A DNA stretch of 64,000 nucleotides, taken from Eledone cirrhosa (taxonomy: Eukaryota). The position numbers were made by a program, and so were the translations under genes. The number at the start of each line of letters is the position of its first letter. Positions within the stretch are counted from its first letter, which is position 1. The notes under the pieces were generated by a model. It was given only the letters and a program-made list of their open reading frames with translations. It was not told where the DNA came from and did not search any database. This document shows positions 50,161 to 63,074 of the stretch, piece by piece. The stretch spans positions 317,130,001-317,194,000 of the forward strand of contig OZ024740.1 in the NCBI GenBank assembly GCA_964016885.1. Reading direction: 5' to 3'.

Positions 50161-51179
50161 AAAATGAAGATGAAACATAGAGAAAAAAAATGTATTTATA
50201 AATTTCAATGAGTATTTATTGATGTCTAAATGAAGGTGTTATGTCTGTGTTCTTCGAAGGCAGGGAGCAAACTGGTTACCTGGAAACAAGCTATATAACT
50301 TCTCCATATACTGGCCAAGAAATAAAGTGAGGAAGAGAGTTAAAGACTGTGTCAGGAAATTTAGTTCCTTGCAGTGAAGAACAAAGGCAAAACATGACCT
50401 TTTCAGGGGTTTGGGGACTCATTGAAATGTGTTTTAGCAACAGTCTTTGAGGTTTGTTCACAGATGTTGGAATTTGAAAAATGAAAGATAAAGCATGGAA
50501 GACACTAAATATAGGAAATATTTACTATTTCACGAATTATATTTTATTTTTATATTTATTTTAATCATTTTTTAAAATTTATTCACATGTATTAAGTCAA
50601 TACTTGTTTGAAGTCCAAAAAATAAATTGTGGCCTAAGTTTGTACATTTTTTTTTTAAATATATTTTTTTTTTTTTTTGGCTTTTTGGGGTGTGTAAAAG
50701 TAGTGGAGAAGATTTGAAAGACTTGTCCAGATTAGGGTATTTTGTAATAGTGGTCCAGCATTCCAACCAGTTGTCATGGTATTTCCATGGTTAAAAACCC
50801 TGAAAATATTCTGGTAAGAAGCACCCCTAAATGTTCCATTGGGTTATCAGAAGTCGAGATCTACCAAATGGTATAAACAGGGTATCTCCAACAAGAAACG
50901 AGGCACTAGCTTTACATGTCTCCAACATACAGTCTCTCACAGCACCACAGTCACAGACAGTTGCAAGAAGGACCACAGCTTTAGAACACATCAACCACAC
51001 TTCAATGGCTTCCTCAGCTTTATAACATCAATTAAGAGCTTTTAGAATTTTGATTTAGTTAATTATTATATTAAAAAAACAAAACAGAAAAAAAACAGCA
51101 GCAACAGTTGTGGTTGTGTTCTCGCGTGTAGTAGTTTTCTCAAATCTCCTCAGCTGAGGACGGGGTGGGGAGGTATATA

Positions 51180-51755
51180 TCAAAGATGTCTATCAGACAT
51201 TCGAGTACTCGGAGAAGAAACTAGAGAATAATTACCAAACCGGTCAAATTTTTGGCCTTGTGGATTTTGACTGTCATTGGATAGCTTTGGCTGCAATGTT
51301 GATGAAGAGGAGGAGGAGGAGGAGGTCCTTGTGTGGGGTTTGGAACGAGAAGGATGACTGTGTCCTTCCAAATAGCTATAATGGTTCAGATTTGAATGTC
51401 CATTGGACTCTCTCAGTGTTTTCATTGAAGGAAGAGGAATTTTCTTGTTCACAGGGAGAGCAAGAAAGCTGCTGTTGGTTGTTGAGTAAGAATGATAAAA
51501 GGATGATGGACTCTCTCCATTGTGTATGGTTATATTTGGTGGAGGGCAGAAAGCCTGACAGTCTATTTTATTGGACCGGTCACAAGATTGTAGTAATCTC
51601 TGACTGGTCAGGAATCCCTCCTCCCCATCTTCAGAGATTGGGATACTAGGAGGGAGACCTAATTCATTGTCTGTCCTTATGGATTTTAAACGAGTCTGTT
51701 TTTCTTTATATGATGCAATTGCCCGTTGCTCCTGGGTCGGAATCCCAGAATAATC
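51180..51755 (-). CDS. Terminal coding exon (191 aa Ser/Pro-rich cytoplasmic tail, DYSGIPTQEQ...MSDRHL*) of an unidentified single-pass membrane protein
   Basis: Non-repetitive 576-nt open frame; acceptor ttttgtttcag|GAT on the - strand; phase 0 matches the upstream TM exon. Confidence 0.85.
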   Translation of the reverse strand, partial: DYSGIPTQEQRAIASYKEKQTRLKSIRTDNELGLPPSIPISEDGEEGFLTSQRLLQSCDRSNKIDCQAFCPPPNITIHNGESPSSFYHSYSTTNSSFLALPVNKKIPLPSMKTLRESNGHSNLNHYSYLEGHSHPSRSKPHTRTSSSSSSSSTLQPKLSNDSQNPQGQKFDRFGNYSLVSSPSTRMSDRHL

Positions 51756-52983
51756 CTGAAACAAAATATAAAAGACATTTTGAGAAGTGTAAATAAGTTA
51801 ACAACTGTCTGAAAGAAAAAGAATTTAAAAAGTAGTTATTTTATTTGTATTTCTATCTTTTTTTTTTTTACCACAGATGTAGATCAACTATTTGAGACCA
51901 TTTAATTATTATTATTATATATTATTATTATAGTTTTATAAAATTAATCCAAATGGAGCCTTTTAATAGAGTTTACAAAGTTAGCTTCAGCATCTATATA
52001 ATAAGAGTTTATTTATTTCTTATTCCAGTAATTAGACTATTGAACATTATCAGTATTCTTCAAATAGATCTCTTTAAACCATACTTGATACCTCTGATAA
52101 TGTAGTGGTTGATTTTGTTAATTAGACATTAAAAGAAAGAGCTTCATCTATTTAACTATACTGCATAACTTGGGGTGAAAAGACATTTGCCAAGGTTTCA
52201 TCTATTTCTAGGTGAATGAATGAATGTTAGTGTGGCCTTAATTATTAAGGCATTTCATTTTGGAATCTCTAAATTTGGTTTAATCAGAGCATGGATTTAA
52301 TATCAACATTTGAATTGAGTTATCCACCATAAAACTCCCTGGCTCAACCTTAAAGCAACACACTATAGCAAATATTATTGATATTAAAACAAATGTTAAC
52401 TTTAGAAGCAATCAGTTTCATAATAGATAGCCCATTGAGGCTCATAATATTATTTAGAAATATTATAATCAAGAATTCACATATCAGATCAGATTTGCTA
52501 TCAAATTTGATGAGTTGCTGTTATTTGTCTTAGGCTTATCTCATTGCTTTTAGATAGAGAACATGATTATAGAAAGAAAATATAAATACAGACAGATTTC
52601 CAGAATTTTCCAATTGAGCCTTACTTCAATGATCATAGCATGGCTCTTCTGCACTGAAACAGTGCAACCTAATGTTAGGTCAGGTTTGATATTCAAGGAA
52701 TTTTATTAATCTGTCAATAGTAAGCTAGTTTTGTATGTTACATGAGAGGACACAATATCTTTAACATATAAATATATACATCAAACCTATTGTTGCCTCC
52801 GATCCTTGCAGTGGTACTAATTATTGTATATTAGAATCTGAACTATTTATTGGTTCTAGTTGGGATATTATCGTGAATAATTGGTTTAATTCTACAGATC
52901 TAGTTGTCTCTGACTTGCTGAAAAGCTAAACAAAGATCAAAGAAGACGGTAAAGAAACCCAGCACAGGTAAGGATCAGCCTAC

Positions 52984-53165
52984 CTCTGAGCAGGTCATTT
53001 GAGAGTTAGGATGTAAGTTTTCATGCTCTGAAGTTTTAGTGTGTGAGTTGTCTCGTCGACAAAGCCACGGTGCTGTCCGGCAATGGCAGATGCCAAGAAG
53101 TACCACCACAAGTATACACACCACAATTATTATTACAACAATAAGTGGCATTATAGTAGAAGTGC
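52984..53165 (-). CDS. Transmembrane-domain exon (TSTIMPLIVVIIIVVCILVVVLLGICHCRTAPWLCRRDNSHTKTSEHENLHPNSQMTCSE)
   Basis: - strand ttttttttttttccag|GC ... GAG|gtagg, 182 nt, phase 1-0; about 21 hydrophobic residues followed by Cys and Arg; absent from the ORF track. Confidence 0.85.
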
Positions 53166-53199
53166 CTGGAAAAAAAAAAAAGACTTGTTAAATCTGCAG

Positions 53200-53466
53200 T
53201 GTGAATCACTGTGATGAAGGTGAGTGATATAGGGGTGAGGAATTATCAATATTGTGAATCACTGAAGGTGTGGTTGTTAAGAAAGTCAAGGATGAAGGTG
53301 TGGTTATCAAGAGTTATAAGGTAGGCGATATAGAGGGTCAGGGATTATCAATAATGTGAATCAGTGTGATGAAGGTCAAGGATTATAGGAGTCAAGTATT
53401 ACCAATATTGTGAATCACTGTGATGAAGGTGTGGTTATTAAGAAGGTCAAGGATTATCAATATTAT
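53200..53466. repeat. Imperfect tandem repeat (TGTGAATCACTGTGATGAAGGT...GGATTATCAATAT)
   Basis: About 4 mosaic units just upstream (- strand sense) of the TM exon acceptor. Confidence 0.75.
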
Positions 53467-53544
53467 GACAGTAAGAGATAATAATTATAGTTTCTTCTAA
53501 TGAAAAAATACATAGTTATGAAATATAAAGGTGTTATAATTTAA

Positions 53545-53742
53545 CCCATTATCATTTACATTGCTCTATATTTACTATGATATTTTCATGGTAAAGGCTT
53601 TACCTCACATAATATCCAGTCTATGAGATTTTGATATTATTTATTTTGAGAACAATACCTTCACATCAGTATAAACGGCCGGTTTGAACAGAAAGAGGTG
53701 AGAGCATTCTGGCTGGATATAGCCAGTTTAAATGCTAAAGGA
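53545..53742. mobile_element. piggyBac-type MITE family 1, decayed ends
   Basis: Internal homology to 23825-24033. Confidence 0.8.
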
Positions 53743-53799
53743 TTGAACACTCTCCCCATATCTCGGGCAATATTATTGTTAATGTTACAGCTGCTGTTG

Positions 53800-54110
53800 G
53801 ACATCTGTTATTTTCCGATGACCAGTGCTCCAGTTGTTTGAAAAATGGAACAGCCTGCTTATGAAATTAACAAGCAAGTGGCTGAGCATTCCACAGGCAT
53901 ATGTATCCATAATGTAGTTCTCAGGGATATTCCCTATGAGACAGTAATATGGCTGGATCTTTGAGTTATAGGTACAACTCATTTTTGCCAGCTGAGTTGA
54001 CTGGAGCAACATGAAATAAAGTGTCTTGTTCAAGGACACAACACATTTCTGGGAATTGAACTCACAACCACATGACTGTAAGCCAAACACCTTAACCACT
54101 AAGCCATGTA
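53800..54110 (-). mobile_element. tRNA-derived SINE, head A with a further body type
   Basis: CCACTAAGCCATG / GAATTGAACTC head; body related to 10555-10670 and 60800-60960. Confidence 0.65.
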
Positions 54111-55524
54111 TTTTCTCACCTGTATGACATAAATACATATATGCTATACTTAGACCCAATAAGCAACAAACTGTTACATTGCTAGTTAATGGTGTGCGTG
54201 CACACACACACACACCATTTCATCTCAACCCAATTACACAGACAAGCATCACAACTAAATGACATACATATACATACACAACTACAGTTCCTCCTAATAC
54301 TACACTCACTATTACACTTTTATCCAACAACTGTACACACAATCCTTAATATTCAAAGACATTATAACAACTTAAATTTCAGAAGCTGACCATTTATTTT
54401 GGATCACAGCAAACAATACTAACATACCAACCACCCCTATAATAGTATACCATCTCTAGCTTTTAAAAAAATATTGAAAGATTTAGCCACTTTTCTAACC
54501 ATCCAACAAGAGTTTGCCAGTCTTCCCTAACTAAGCATGGCTCCCTTACTTGTGCAAACAGAGATCATTAGCTTTCCTACAATAACAGTTCTAATTGGCA
54601 ACATTGTTGATTCAAACTCACTATCAGGGTAAGAGTCAACCCTGAACACACACACATTTTCTCTCTCTCTCTAGCTTCTCTCTTTCCTTCTGTTTATATT
54701 TCCCATGTTTCAACCTTTCAACCTTCAAACTGAACATAAACTGTATAATAATAATAGAAGCCACAAGGAAGAAATCGACTATGTTCTGACTTGGAGGAGG
54801 GATGGGCTTTGCCAGGTTTAAAATGCAGAGTTATGGGTTCATATACACACACACACACACATACATACAACCTACCCAGACTAAATTACTCAAATAAATA
54901 TAGAAAATAAAACTAGAATTATAAAGACACAAAATGTCTGCACCTTCAAGAGGCTAATGTTATATAGATTTCATATCCTAGTGTATGTAGTTTCAAGACT
55001 GGTATATTGTATAGTTCAAAGATTAGTTTATCCCTTTTGTTACCATATTTTTAATAGCATGGCTGAGTGGTTAGAGAATTGGATTCACAATGATGAGGTT
55101 GTGAGTTTGATTCCCAAACCAAGCAAGACACATTATTTCACACTTCTCCTTCTACTTAGATTTGCGACCGATAGATAATATTAGCAATTGGAAAGACTAA
55201 TGGAAACATTGTTTCCTTGGTCCGATTTGACGAAAGTCGATTGACTTCGATATGTATCAATTCTGAAAATTTGAAGAATTTAATGAAATGACTGATATTT
55301 TCATTAAGCTGATATTTGAAACATTACTTAGCAAAAATTTCTTAAACAAAATTTTATGGTGGAAGATTTTAAAGTATGAATTTTAAAAAATTGGCAGTTT
55401 TGTATCATAAAATCAGAGTGATCTTAGTTGGATTGGTATCAAAAAGATTAATGTAGAAAGTATATTTCCTGAGTTGTATTGGCTAACTTGATTTATATCT
55501 TTCAGGAAGAGTTCACTGAATTAA

Positions 55525-55791
55525 CCCTTTCATTACCATATCTCTAATAAAATGTAGTGTTGATGATTTTTAAATAATCATAAATTTGGAGGGATTTAGT
55601 AACATAACTTTCTCTTTAACTAAGTTTGTGTTTAAAACATAAGAGAAAATTATAACAGGGTTTTCATAAGACCAAGAGTTTTCATTAAAGGACCATGGGT
55701 TTTCATCATATGACCAAGGGTTTTCATCATAATGCCAAGGGTTTTTATTATAGGACCAAGGGCAGTTTCAGGTGGGCTAGTAACAAAAGGG
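55525..55791. mobile_element. MITE family 3 with internal ~21-bp tandem repeat
   Basis: TTAA|CCCTTTCATTAC ... GTAACAAAAGGG|TTAA; internal GGGTTTTCATxATxxGACCAA x5. Confidence 0.75.
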
Positions 55792-57221
55792 TTAAATAGA
55801 CACAAGCAAGACTGTGTGGTAAAGAAGATTGTTTTGTGACTAAGTTGTTTCAGGTTCAATTTCACAAGGTGGCATTTTATGCTAGTGTTTTCTACCGTAG
55901 TCTGGCATCGACCAAAATCTTGGGAGTGAAATTTGGTAGATGGAAACTGTGTGGAAGGAAGCCTGCCAGAGGAACCATTCTTATATTTAAATGGTGGACT
56001 GAATTTGTTGCCTGGTTTAATACTAATTCCCAATTTGTTGCCTGATTTAATACTAATTCCCAACTTTTGGGCACCATTAATTGCAACTCTGTTGCAAGCA
56101 TTTAAACCATGTCTTTGGATACCTTCCTCCCTCCTGCCAGTCTTGGAAGCTCTAAATAGTGTCTCCCCTTGACTAAACCACAAAAAAAATATGCCCCTAT
56201 AAATGATGTCAGAGTCAGTCAGAAGTATCATGCTGTGTTGCAGGCAAGAGAGAGAGAGATTAAGTATGATCTTAGATGATGTCAAACAGATTCAAGACAG
56301 TCCCAGTGAAGTTGAGCTAAGAAACCTAGCTAGATATTGGTCAATGTATAGTAGGAAAGAGAGATGAATCTTCTGGTATGGACATATAACATGTGGTAGA
56401 TTGGAATGAAACAGTTAAAATGGTGATGAGAAGTTGAAGACAAAATGTCATAGAAATATCAATATGATGATAAAGATGAGATTTTGGGACAAGAAAGTTT
56501 AGAACTTTGGACATTTGCTCACCGTTTTAGTGCCAATATTTATACAGGTAAATGTAATTACTATTCCTGAAGGTATTCATTTAACTTTGACATAGAAACA
56601 AATGATTCTTACAAAGAATTATGACAGGATTAAATTTAAATGTGAACAGTTTAAAGTGGATGTTATTTTATATCATTAGAAGAGAGAGAGAGAGATCTTT
56701 CGTTATCATATTTCTAATGAAATACACAGCTAGTGTGTTTCAAATAATTTTGAAACTAATCAAATGTTTGGAGGTATTCAATAAAATAACTAACTTTTCT
56801 TTTACTATCAAGCTGATGTTTGGAACATTATGAAAAGTTCATAGGCCGACTATGAAGGAGTGATGCTAGAGCTGTGAAATCTTGCATGTATCAATTTCAG
56901 CTCTTCTTATAAATGACTGTATTGTTTCTTTCCAGAGACTATGTTGAAAAATAAACCTCATTTGGTCATTTCATGAGAGTATCTTGGTAAGGTGGGTGCC
57001 AGTGGTTGTTCTCCACAGTAATGCTTTCACCATTGTCTGTGGGGCACAGCTGAGATATACTGCCTAGACTAGGGTGTCTAGTCTTTCCACTCCCACTCCC
57101 TTACTTTTGATATTTAACTTTTTTCTTTTTCTTTTTTAATTGAAAACATTATATAATTTAATTAGAATTTGTTGAATATATTATATTCTTGTTTTTAATG
57201 CAGCTAGCAAATAGCACCTCC

Positions 57222-57293
57222 CATGTTAGAACAGGTGTTCCCATAGAACATGTTAGAACAGGTGTTCCATAGAACATGTTAGAACAGATGTTC
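57222..57293. repeat. Short ~27-bp tandem repeat (CATGTTAGAACAGGTGTTCCCATAGAA) x3
   Basis: Directly visible. Confidence 0.85.
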
Positions 57294-58222
57294 ACTGTAA
57301 ACATCTAAGGGCCAAAGAAACACAATGTCATGAGTTTAATTCCTGAGCTGGTTTGCATATTGGTTCTTGAGCAAAACACTTCATTTCACATTGCTCCAGT
57401 ATATTCAGCTGAAAATGAGTACCAGCAATAGCTGGGGCTTTAACTCTGTGATGATAGTGTCCTGTCCAGTCAATTCATGCCACTAAAGTCAGGTCACAAT
57501 GTAGTAGATAACATTTTATGGGTTGAAAATATGTAATTTGAAATGTTTATAATTTAAATAGTTAATCATATGTAATTGTGCCTTGATGAAAGAGAAAGGC
57601 TGTCATAGTCAAGTCAGTTACTATGTCATGAAGACATATATTTAGCAGAGAACACTTACACACTTTGGCAGCTTTCTCATGTCATGAAGACATGAATGTA
57701 CTGGAGAGCATGTACATAATTTCCTCAAATCACAACACTGTGTTTTTGTTTTTTGACAAAGAGTCAAGATATTTAACCCTTTTGATACCAACCCACCCGA
57801 GACTACACTCAGTTCATTCATATAAAATTGCTTGTTTTAAAGTATTTGTATCTAAATTAAAACATTCTGTCCAATTCTGCTGAGGTTAGTTTTGCCTTTC
57901 ATCCTTAAGGGACCGATAAAATAAAGTATCAGTTGATTTAATTAACTTTCCTCACCCCCAAAATTGCTGGCCTTGTGCCTAAATCAGAAACCATTATTAT
58001 TATCATAATATATATATCTGTGTGTGTGTACACATATCAATGTGTCTCAGTTGATGATTTGCAGATGTATTTTGCACAAAGAAATCTATATATGTATGGA
58101 TCTTTGTGTTTGTATATTTCTGTGAATTATACGTGTGTGTATATATTCCCAAGTGTGAAACTAATATGACTTTGTGTTTTTGCATCGGTGTGTTTATCTT
58201 GTTTATTCTTGAACTATATATA

Positions 58223-59503
58223 CAGGGTGTGGACGATATTTGTTCGCAATTTTCAACTGCTAATTTTATGCAAATATTTTTTACTTCCGTTGTTACTCTT
58301 GTCTTTATAAAAACAGTGACTATATTTCCATTATTTATTTTCAGAATAATTGATTATGAATAATTTTGAACCTCCAAATTTGTGGAAGAGACACAGAGTT
58401 CTTCTTGGAATCTGCGCCGGAGAATGGAATCTGCAGGAGAATGGTGGAAAAGGTCAGAAAGGAATTGGAAGATTCAGGATTCGACTATGAAGCAACATCA
58501 GAGAGGAAAACACATGATCGACGATCTGACGCCTTTAGAATGCCCGAGTTCGTCGCTGAAGTTCAGGATATCATCAACAATGAACCTAGCAAGTTGATAC
58601 GTGCCATTGCAAGGGAGAAAGGCGTGGATGAAACGCTCATTAGGCTGGTAGTACATGAAGACATTCACTACGTCTCATACAAGATGAGGAAAGGACAATT
58701 TCTGTCAAAAGCGATGCAAGAAAAGCGACTGAAGCACGCAAAGAAGCTGATCAACAAGTTGAAACACCCACTGGAGCCAGACATGCTGTGGTTTTTCTCC
58801 GACGAGAAAAACTTCTGCCAAGACCAGAAGATCAACTCCCAGAACAACAGGTGGCTCGCTGTCTCATCCAAAGATGTGCCCAGAGTCATGCAGACAAAGT
58901 TTCCAACGACAACATTGGTCTTTGGTGTCGTCAGCAGTCAAGGGGACGTCATGCCACCTCACTTTTTCCCTGAGGGCCTCAAGCTGAACATCAATGGCTA
59001 CATCTGCGTTCTGAGCAAGGTAGTAAAGCCCTGGATCGACCAGGTAGCTGCAGGTAGACCATACGTGTAGCAGCAATACTTAACGCCCTGCCATACCATC
59101 CGAAAGACCCAAGTCTGGCTGTCAGAGAACTTCGTCGACCACACTTGACCTGACATCTGGCCTCCCAGCTCGCCTGACTGCAACCCCCTCGACTTCTTTG
59201 TGTGGGGCGCAGTGGAACGAGACACCAACAGATCTAGCTGCAATACGAAAGACGATCTGAAGGCCAGGATCACAAGTGCCTTTAGGGGGCTAAGTCGGGA
59301 GACAGTGACAAAGGCCTGTAGCCGGTTCCGAGGCCGCTTTGAGGCCGTCATCAAAGCCAATGGCGGGTTTATCGAGTGTGATTGAAAGAACAAGTCATGA
59401 AGACAAACTGACCCAAGTTTGATAAATATATCTTAAAAAATAAAACTACTGTGTTATTTTCTCCTAGACAGTAATCTTGTGAACAAATATCGTCCGCACC
59501 CTG
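58223..59503 (+). mobile_element. Full-length DD37D (maT) Tc1/mariner transposon, 1281 bp, inactivated
   Basis: TA TSDs; 27-bp TIR CAGGGTG(T/C)GGACGATATTTGTTC(G/A)CAA; transposase WFFSDEKNF ... YV*QQY(=D)LTPCH, 37 residues, WPPSSPDCNPLDFFVWG. Confidence 0.93.
58366..59385 (+). pseudogene. maT/DD37D transposase pseudogene
   Basis: In-frame stops at 59068-59070 and 59146-59148; second catalytic Asp codon reads TAC (59077-59079); third Asp at 59191-59193. Confidence 0.9.
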
Positions 59504-59963
59504 TATATATCACCATCATCATTTAACATTCATTTCTCCACACTTGCAAGGGTTAGATGGATTGTCATGTTATGAGACAAGTCAGGTCCAAAGACAAACA
59601 TGCTCATAGAGATCTGTATTACAGCTGGATGCCTTTCCTAACACCAACCACATTTAATATATATATATATATATATTATGTGTGTGTGTGTAATAGTTAT
59701 TTTTGCATTACCTAACATTTTGCTGTCCCCACTAACAAGGCATTACTCCAAAGTTCAAGCCACTAGCCCCAGACATCCTGCAAGAAATACCTCAACTCCA
59801 CCCCACCTTTTACATGTGCTGGGTGCCAGGTGGATAGCCATCACTCTGGATTTGGCAATTCAAAAGAACACCAACATCAACTCCCAACAATATCATATAA
59901 ACCAGATTAATGCTTCTTAATTAATCTCACACCAATGGCATTGATTACCAGAATGATGCCCTC

Positions 59964-60058
59964 ACTGACCCAGAATGAAGAGTTCATTGACCCAGAATGA
60001 AGCGTCAATTGACCCAGGATGAAGCGTCAATTGACCCAGGATGAAGCGTTCATTTATC
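59964..60058. repeat. 22-bp tandem repeat (TGACCCAGGATGAAGCGTCAAT) x4
   Basis: Directly visible. Confidence 0.88.
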
Positions 60059-60485
60059 CTGCAGTGATGTCATATACCCAGAACACTGCTAACATTTGTG
60101 TGAGAACAGACAATGTGGTGCCATCAGCTGTCATATTGTCTATATCGACTGCACAGTTCAAATATCTCGTGACACTACAACAGCAGATATAACATCATGT
60201 ATTCTTCTTAAAACACCACTACACCAGCTTTACTAATGTATTTTTATTACACCTGAAAGAACTGGTCATTAATGGCCACAAAACCATTTGGTAATGCAAA
60301 AATAAAGTCAAACTGTTAATATAATAATATAAAGCAAAACACGGTCACCTGACCCAACTTGCTTCTAATGGGACAACCTGTCTAACCCATGCTAGCGTGG
60401 AAAATGGGCGTTAAACGACGATGATGAAATGTTCTCAACTTTCATATGTGTTAATCGATCTTTAGCTTTTGTTTATATCCAAACT

Positions 60486-60527
<42 letters not shown>

Positions 60528-60709
60528 ACAAAGAGGGTGTGGTAAGATACCAGGTGGACCATAACACACCAGAGTACTCAATACTTAGGGTAGTAGAGTG
60601 GGTAATAGGAAAAGAACCAGGACCCTGACAGCTGAGCTCTGGCCATTTCGATAGCTAGATCTAGTTGTTGAAACAGCTGGAGCTCAGCTGCTGGGGTTGT
60701 GACTCTTTT

Positions 60710-60711
<2 letters not shown>

Positions 60712-60787
<76 letters not shown>
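60712..60787. repeat. (TA)n microsatellite
   Basis: Directly visible; many shorter (TA)n and (CA)n tracts occur elsewhere. Confidence 0.97.
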
Positions 60788-60790
<3 letters not shown>

Positions 60791-61468
60791 GTGTGAAATA
60801 ATGAGTTGTACTAGTGATTTAAAAAGCCAGCCTTGTCACATACTGTGTAATGCTGGATCTCCCTGAGAATTATGTTAAGGGTAAATGTGTCAGTGAGATC
60901 CTCAGCTACATTGAATGTTATCTCATAAGCAGCTGGTCCCTTTGATCAAACAAGTGGAACACGATATCCGAACCAGAGAAGGTCCAACACAACACACACA
61001 CATATATATATGGCTTCCTTTAGCCAATGTTACCAAAGTGTAACCTGGGCTTAAATCTAATATTTCTAATACTTCTTTGAATGGATTAATTTAATATCTT
61101 ATCCTTTCATTGAGATGCCTACGTATAAGAGACATTTACTTTTAAAATGTTCTAAATTAAGGTGTGTGTGTATACACACACACACATGTATGTATGTTTA
61201 TATGTAAGCGTATTTATATGCATATTGACTTATCTTATGCTGAGCAGTTTAAAAAAATACACACACACACATATATACACATACACACACACATATATAT
61301 ATTGTTGTTTGAATTTCTGTTGTAATAACTAGAGATAGGAACCCTCAATATATAAACATAGCGATAAATATACTTTAATACATGTCAAACAGGTGTAACA
61401 TCAGCTTGCTTCGGGAAACTCAAGGGATAACTGGGAAGATATACACCAGTTTGGCAGCATGTATTTTA

Positions 61469-61726
61469 TCTATATATCTAAAACAGAGAATGTCTGTCTG
61501 CCTGCCTGTCAGCTCCCTAAAACTCGAGAACCACCCAACCGATTGTTTTCAAACTTTACACATGTAATACTTATGGTCCTGTGAGTGTTTTGAGAAAAAA
61601 AAAATGTTCAATGCCCTAGGGACTGCATTAGGCGATCTCTCTATAATTCTTAGTCTTTCTTTTTAGATAGATACATAGATATAACGTTGCGTCCTTATAA
61701 TATCTCTGTATGTCTGCATCGCGACA

Positions 61727-61794
<68 letters not shown>

Positions 61795-62067
61795 CGTTTT
61801 TTGAAATATTTACTTCTGCATTCACTGATTGATTTTTTTTTTTAGTTTCAGAAGATCCTGTTAAAGGTGAAAGCAGCAATTCTTTGCTTAGGCTTTAATC
61901 TGTTATTTTAATATATATATAATTATATATTCGTGTACAGATATTTTTGCATACACAATAACAAAATATAAACAAACGTATTTCACGAGGCTCGATAAGG
62001 ATAAATATATATCAAATATATAAGAACCCTAGAGCAAATCCTGAGCAACGCTGGGCCATTCTGCTAG
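61469..62067 (+). mobile_element. Non-autonomous Helitron (~600 bp) carrying a (GT)n microsatellite
   Basis: A|TCTATATATCTAAAAC 5' end, GTCT repeats, subterminal imperfect hairpin CCTGAGCAACGCTGGG, CTAG|T 3' end, no TSD. Confidence 0.8.
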
Positions 62068-63074
62068 TATAATATATAGCAGAGCGGCCATGTTTACACT
62101 GTAACAGCAACAAAAAAACTGGCGTGATCAAGCTCAAACAGTAGTACCAACTATAAGCACGCTTGATCTGAAAGCAGTGTGATAAACCTAAAGATATGTT
62201 ATGGTGAAAGTGCGGATAATCTTTTACTTACGCTCATATATATACTGGGGGCTATCAACTTGGTCTCAAGCCTGACTAATTTCTTATAGCTTACATCAGG
62301 GTTGTTGTGCTTCTCAATCATAGATCATTGCATAATGACATACATCCAACACGGTTTTAAATATTTTAAGACAAATGTAGCATGAAATTTGATCGAGGAC
62401 ATCAACACCAGAAACTACACCCTTGTGCATTAATTGAAAGTGGTTTTTCAATAGAGTAACAGGTGTGCACTGTTTTGAGCATAAAGACAAGCAATGATCG
62501 GGCGAGGCTCATTAAACTATGTCCTGATATGTGATCCTTCATGAGAAACAATATCAGCTTTTGAAAATATAATATGACCACAGAGAGTAACAGCAGTTAT
62601 ACATTTATGTATTTCACTAAAATGAATTTTCAACTATGCAGCAGATGTACGACAAATATCTTATCTTTGTCCTCCAACATATGATCTCTTAGGATTAAAT
62701 TTGAAAGTGTAACCACAGACATTTATTTGGAAGATCAAGTCTAGATCCTCTACAGTATGGTATCTCAATACAATTCTCTAACTACTCAGCCACGCACCAC
62801 AAATACTACTATCACAATAATATATTTTACTTTTACCCCCTATGTGTTTGTGTTATATTTTCTGTACAAATCAGTATCTCAAATTAAAAAAATAATAATA
62901 ATAAAGAACATCAGTATTATAGTGTGATATAATTATGGTTTTTATAATCTAAGTTTATTGCGACGACTTTCTTTGCATTGATATTATAGAAATGTTGCAT
63001 TTATATTCTAGTATGTTTATTATATAATATATATTATATTATATTTATTATATAGCTTGTCAGTCCTGAGTGTT

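Noticed and set aside
55650-56285. 211-aa ORF on the - strand
   Set aside because: Runs through a MITE, SINE-like remnants and short tandem repeats; no splice signals linking it to the TM gene
59708-60252. Possible upstream exon of the - strand membrane gene (AG...GT bounded)
   Set aside because: All three frames contain stops, including the shorter version from the acceptor near 59778
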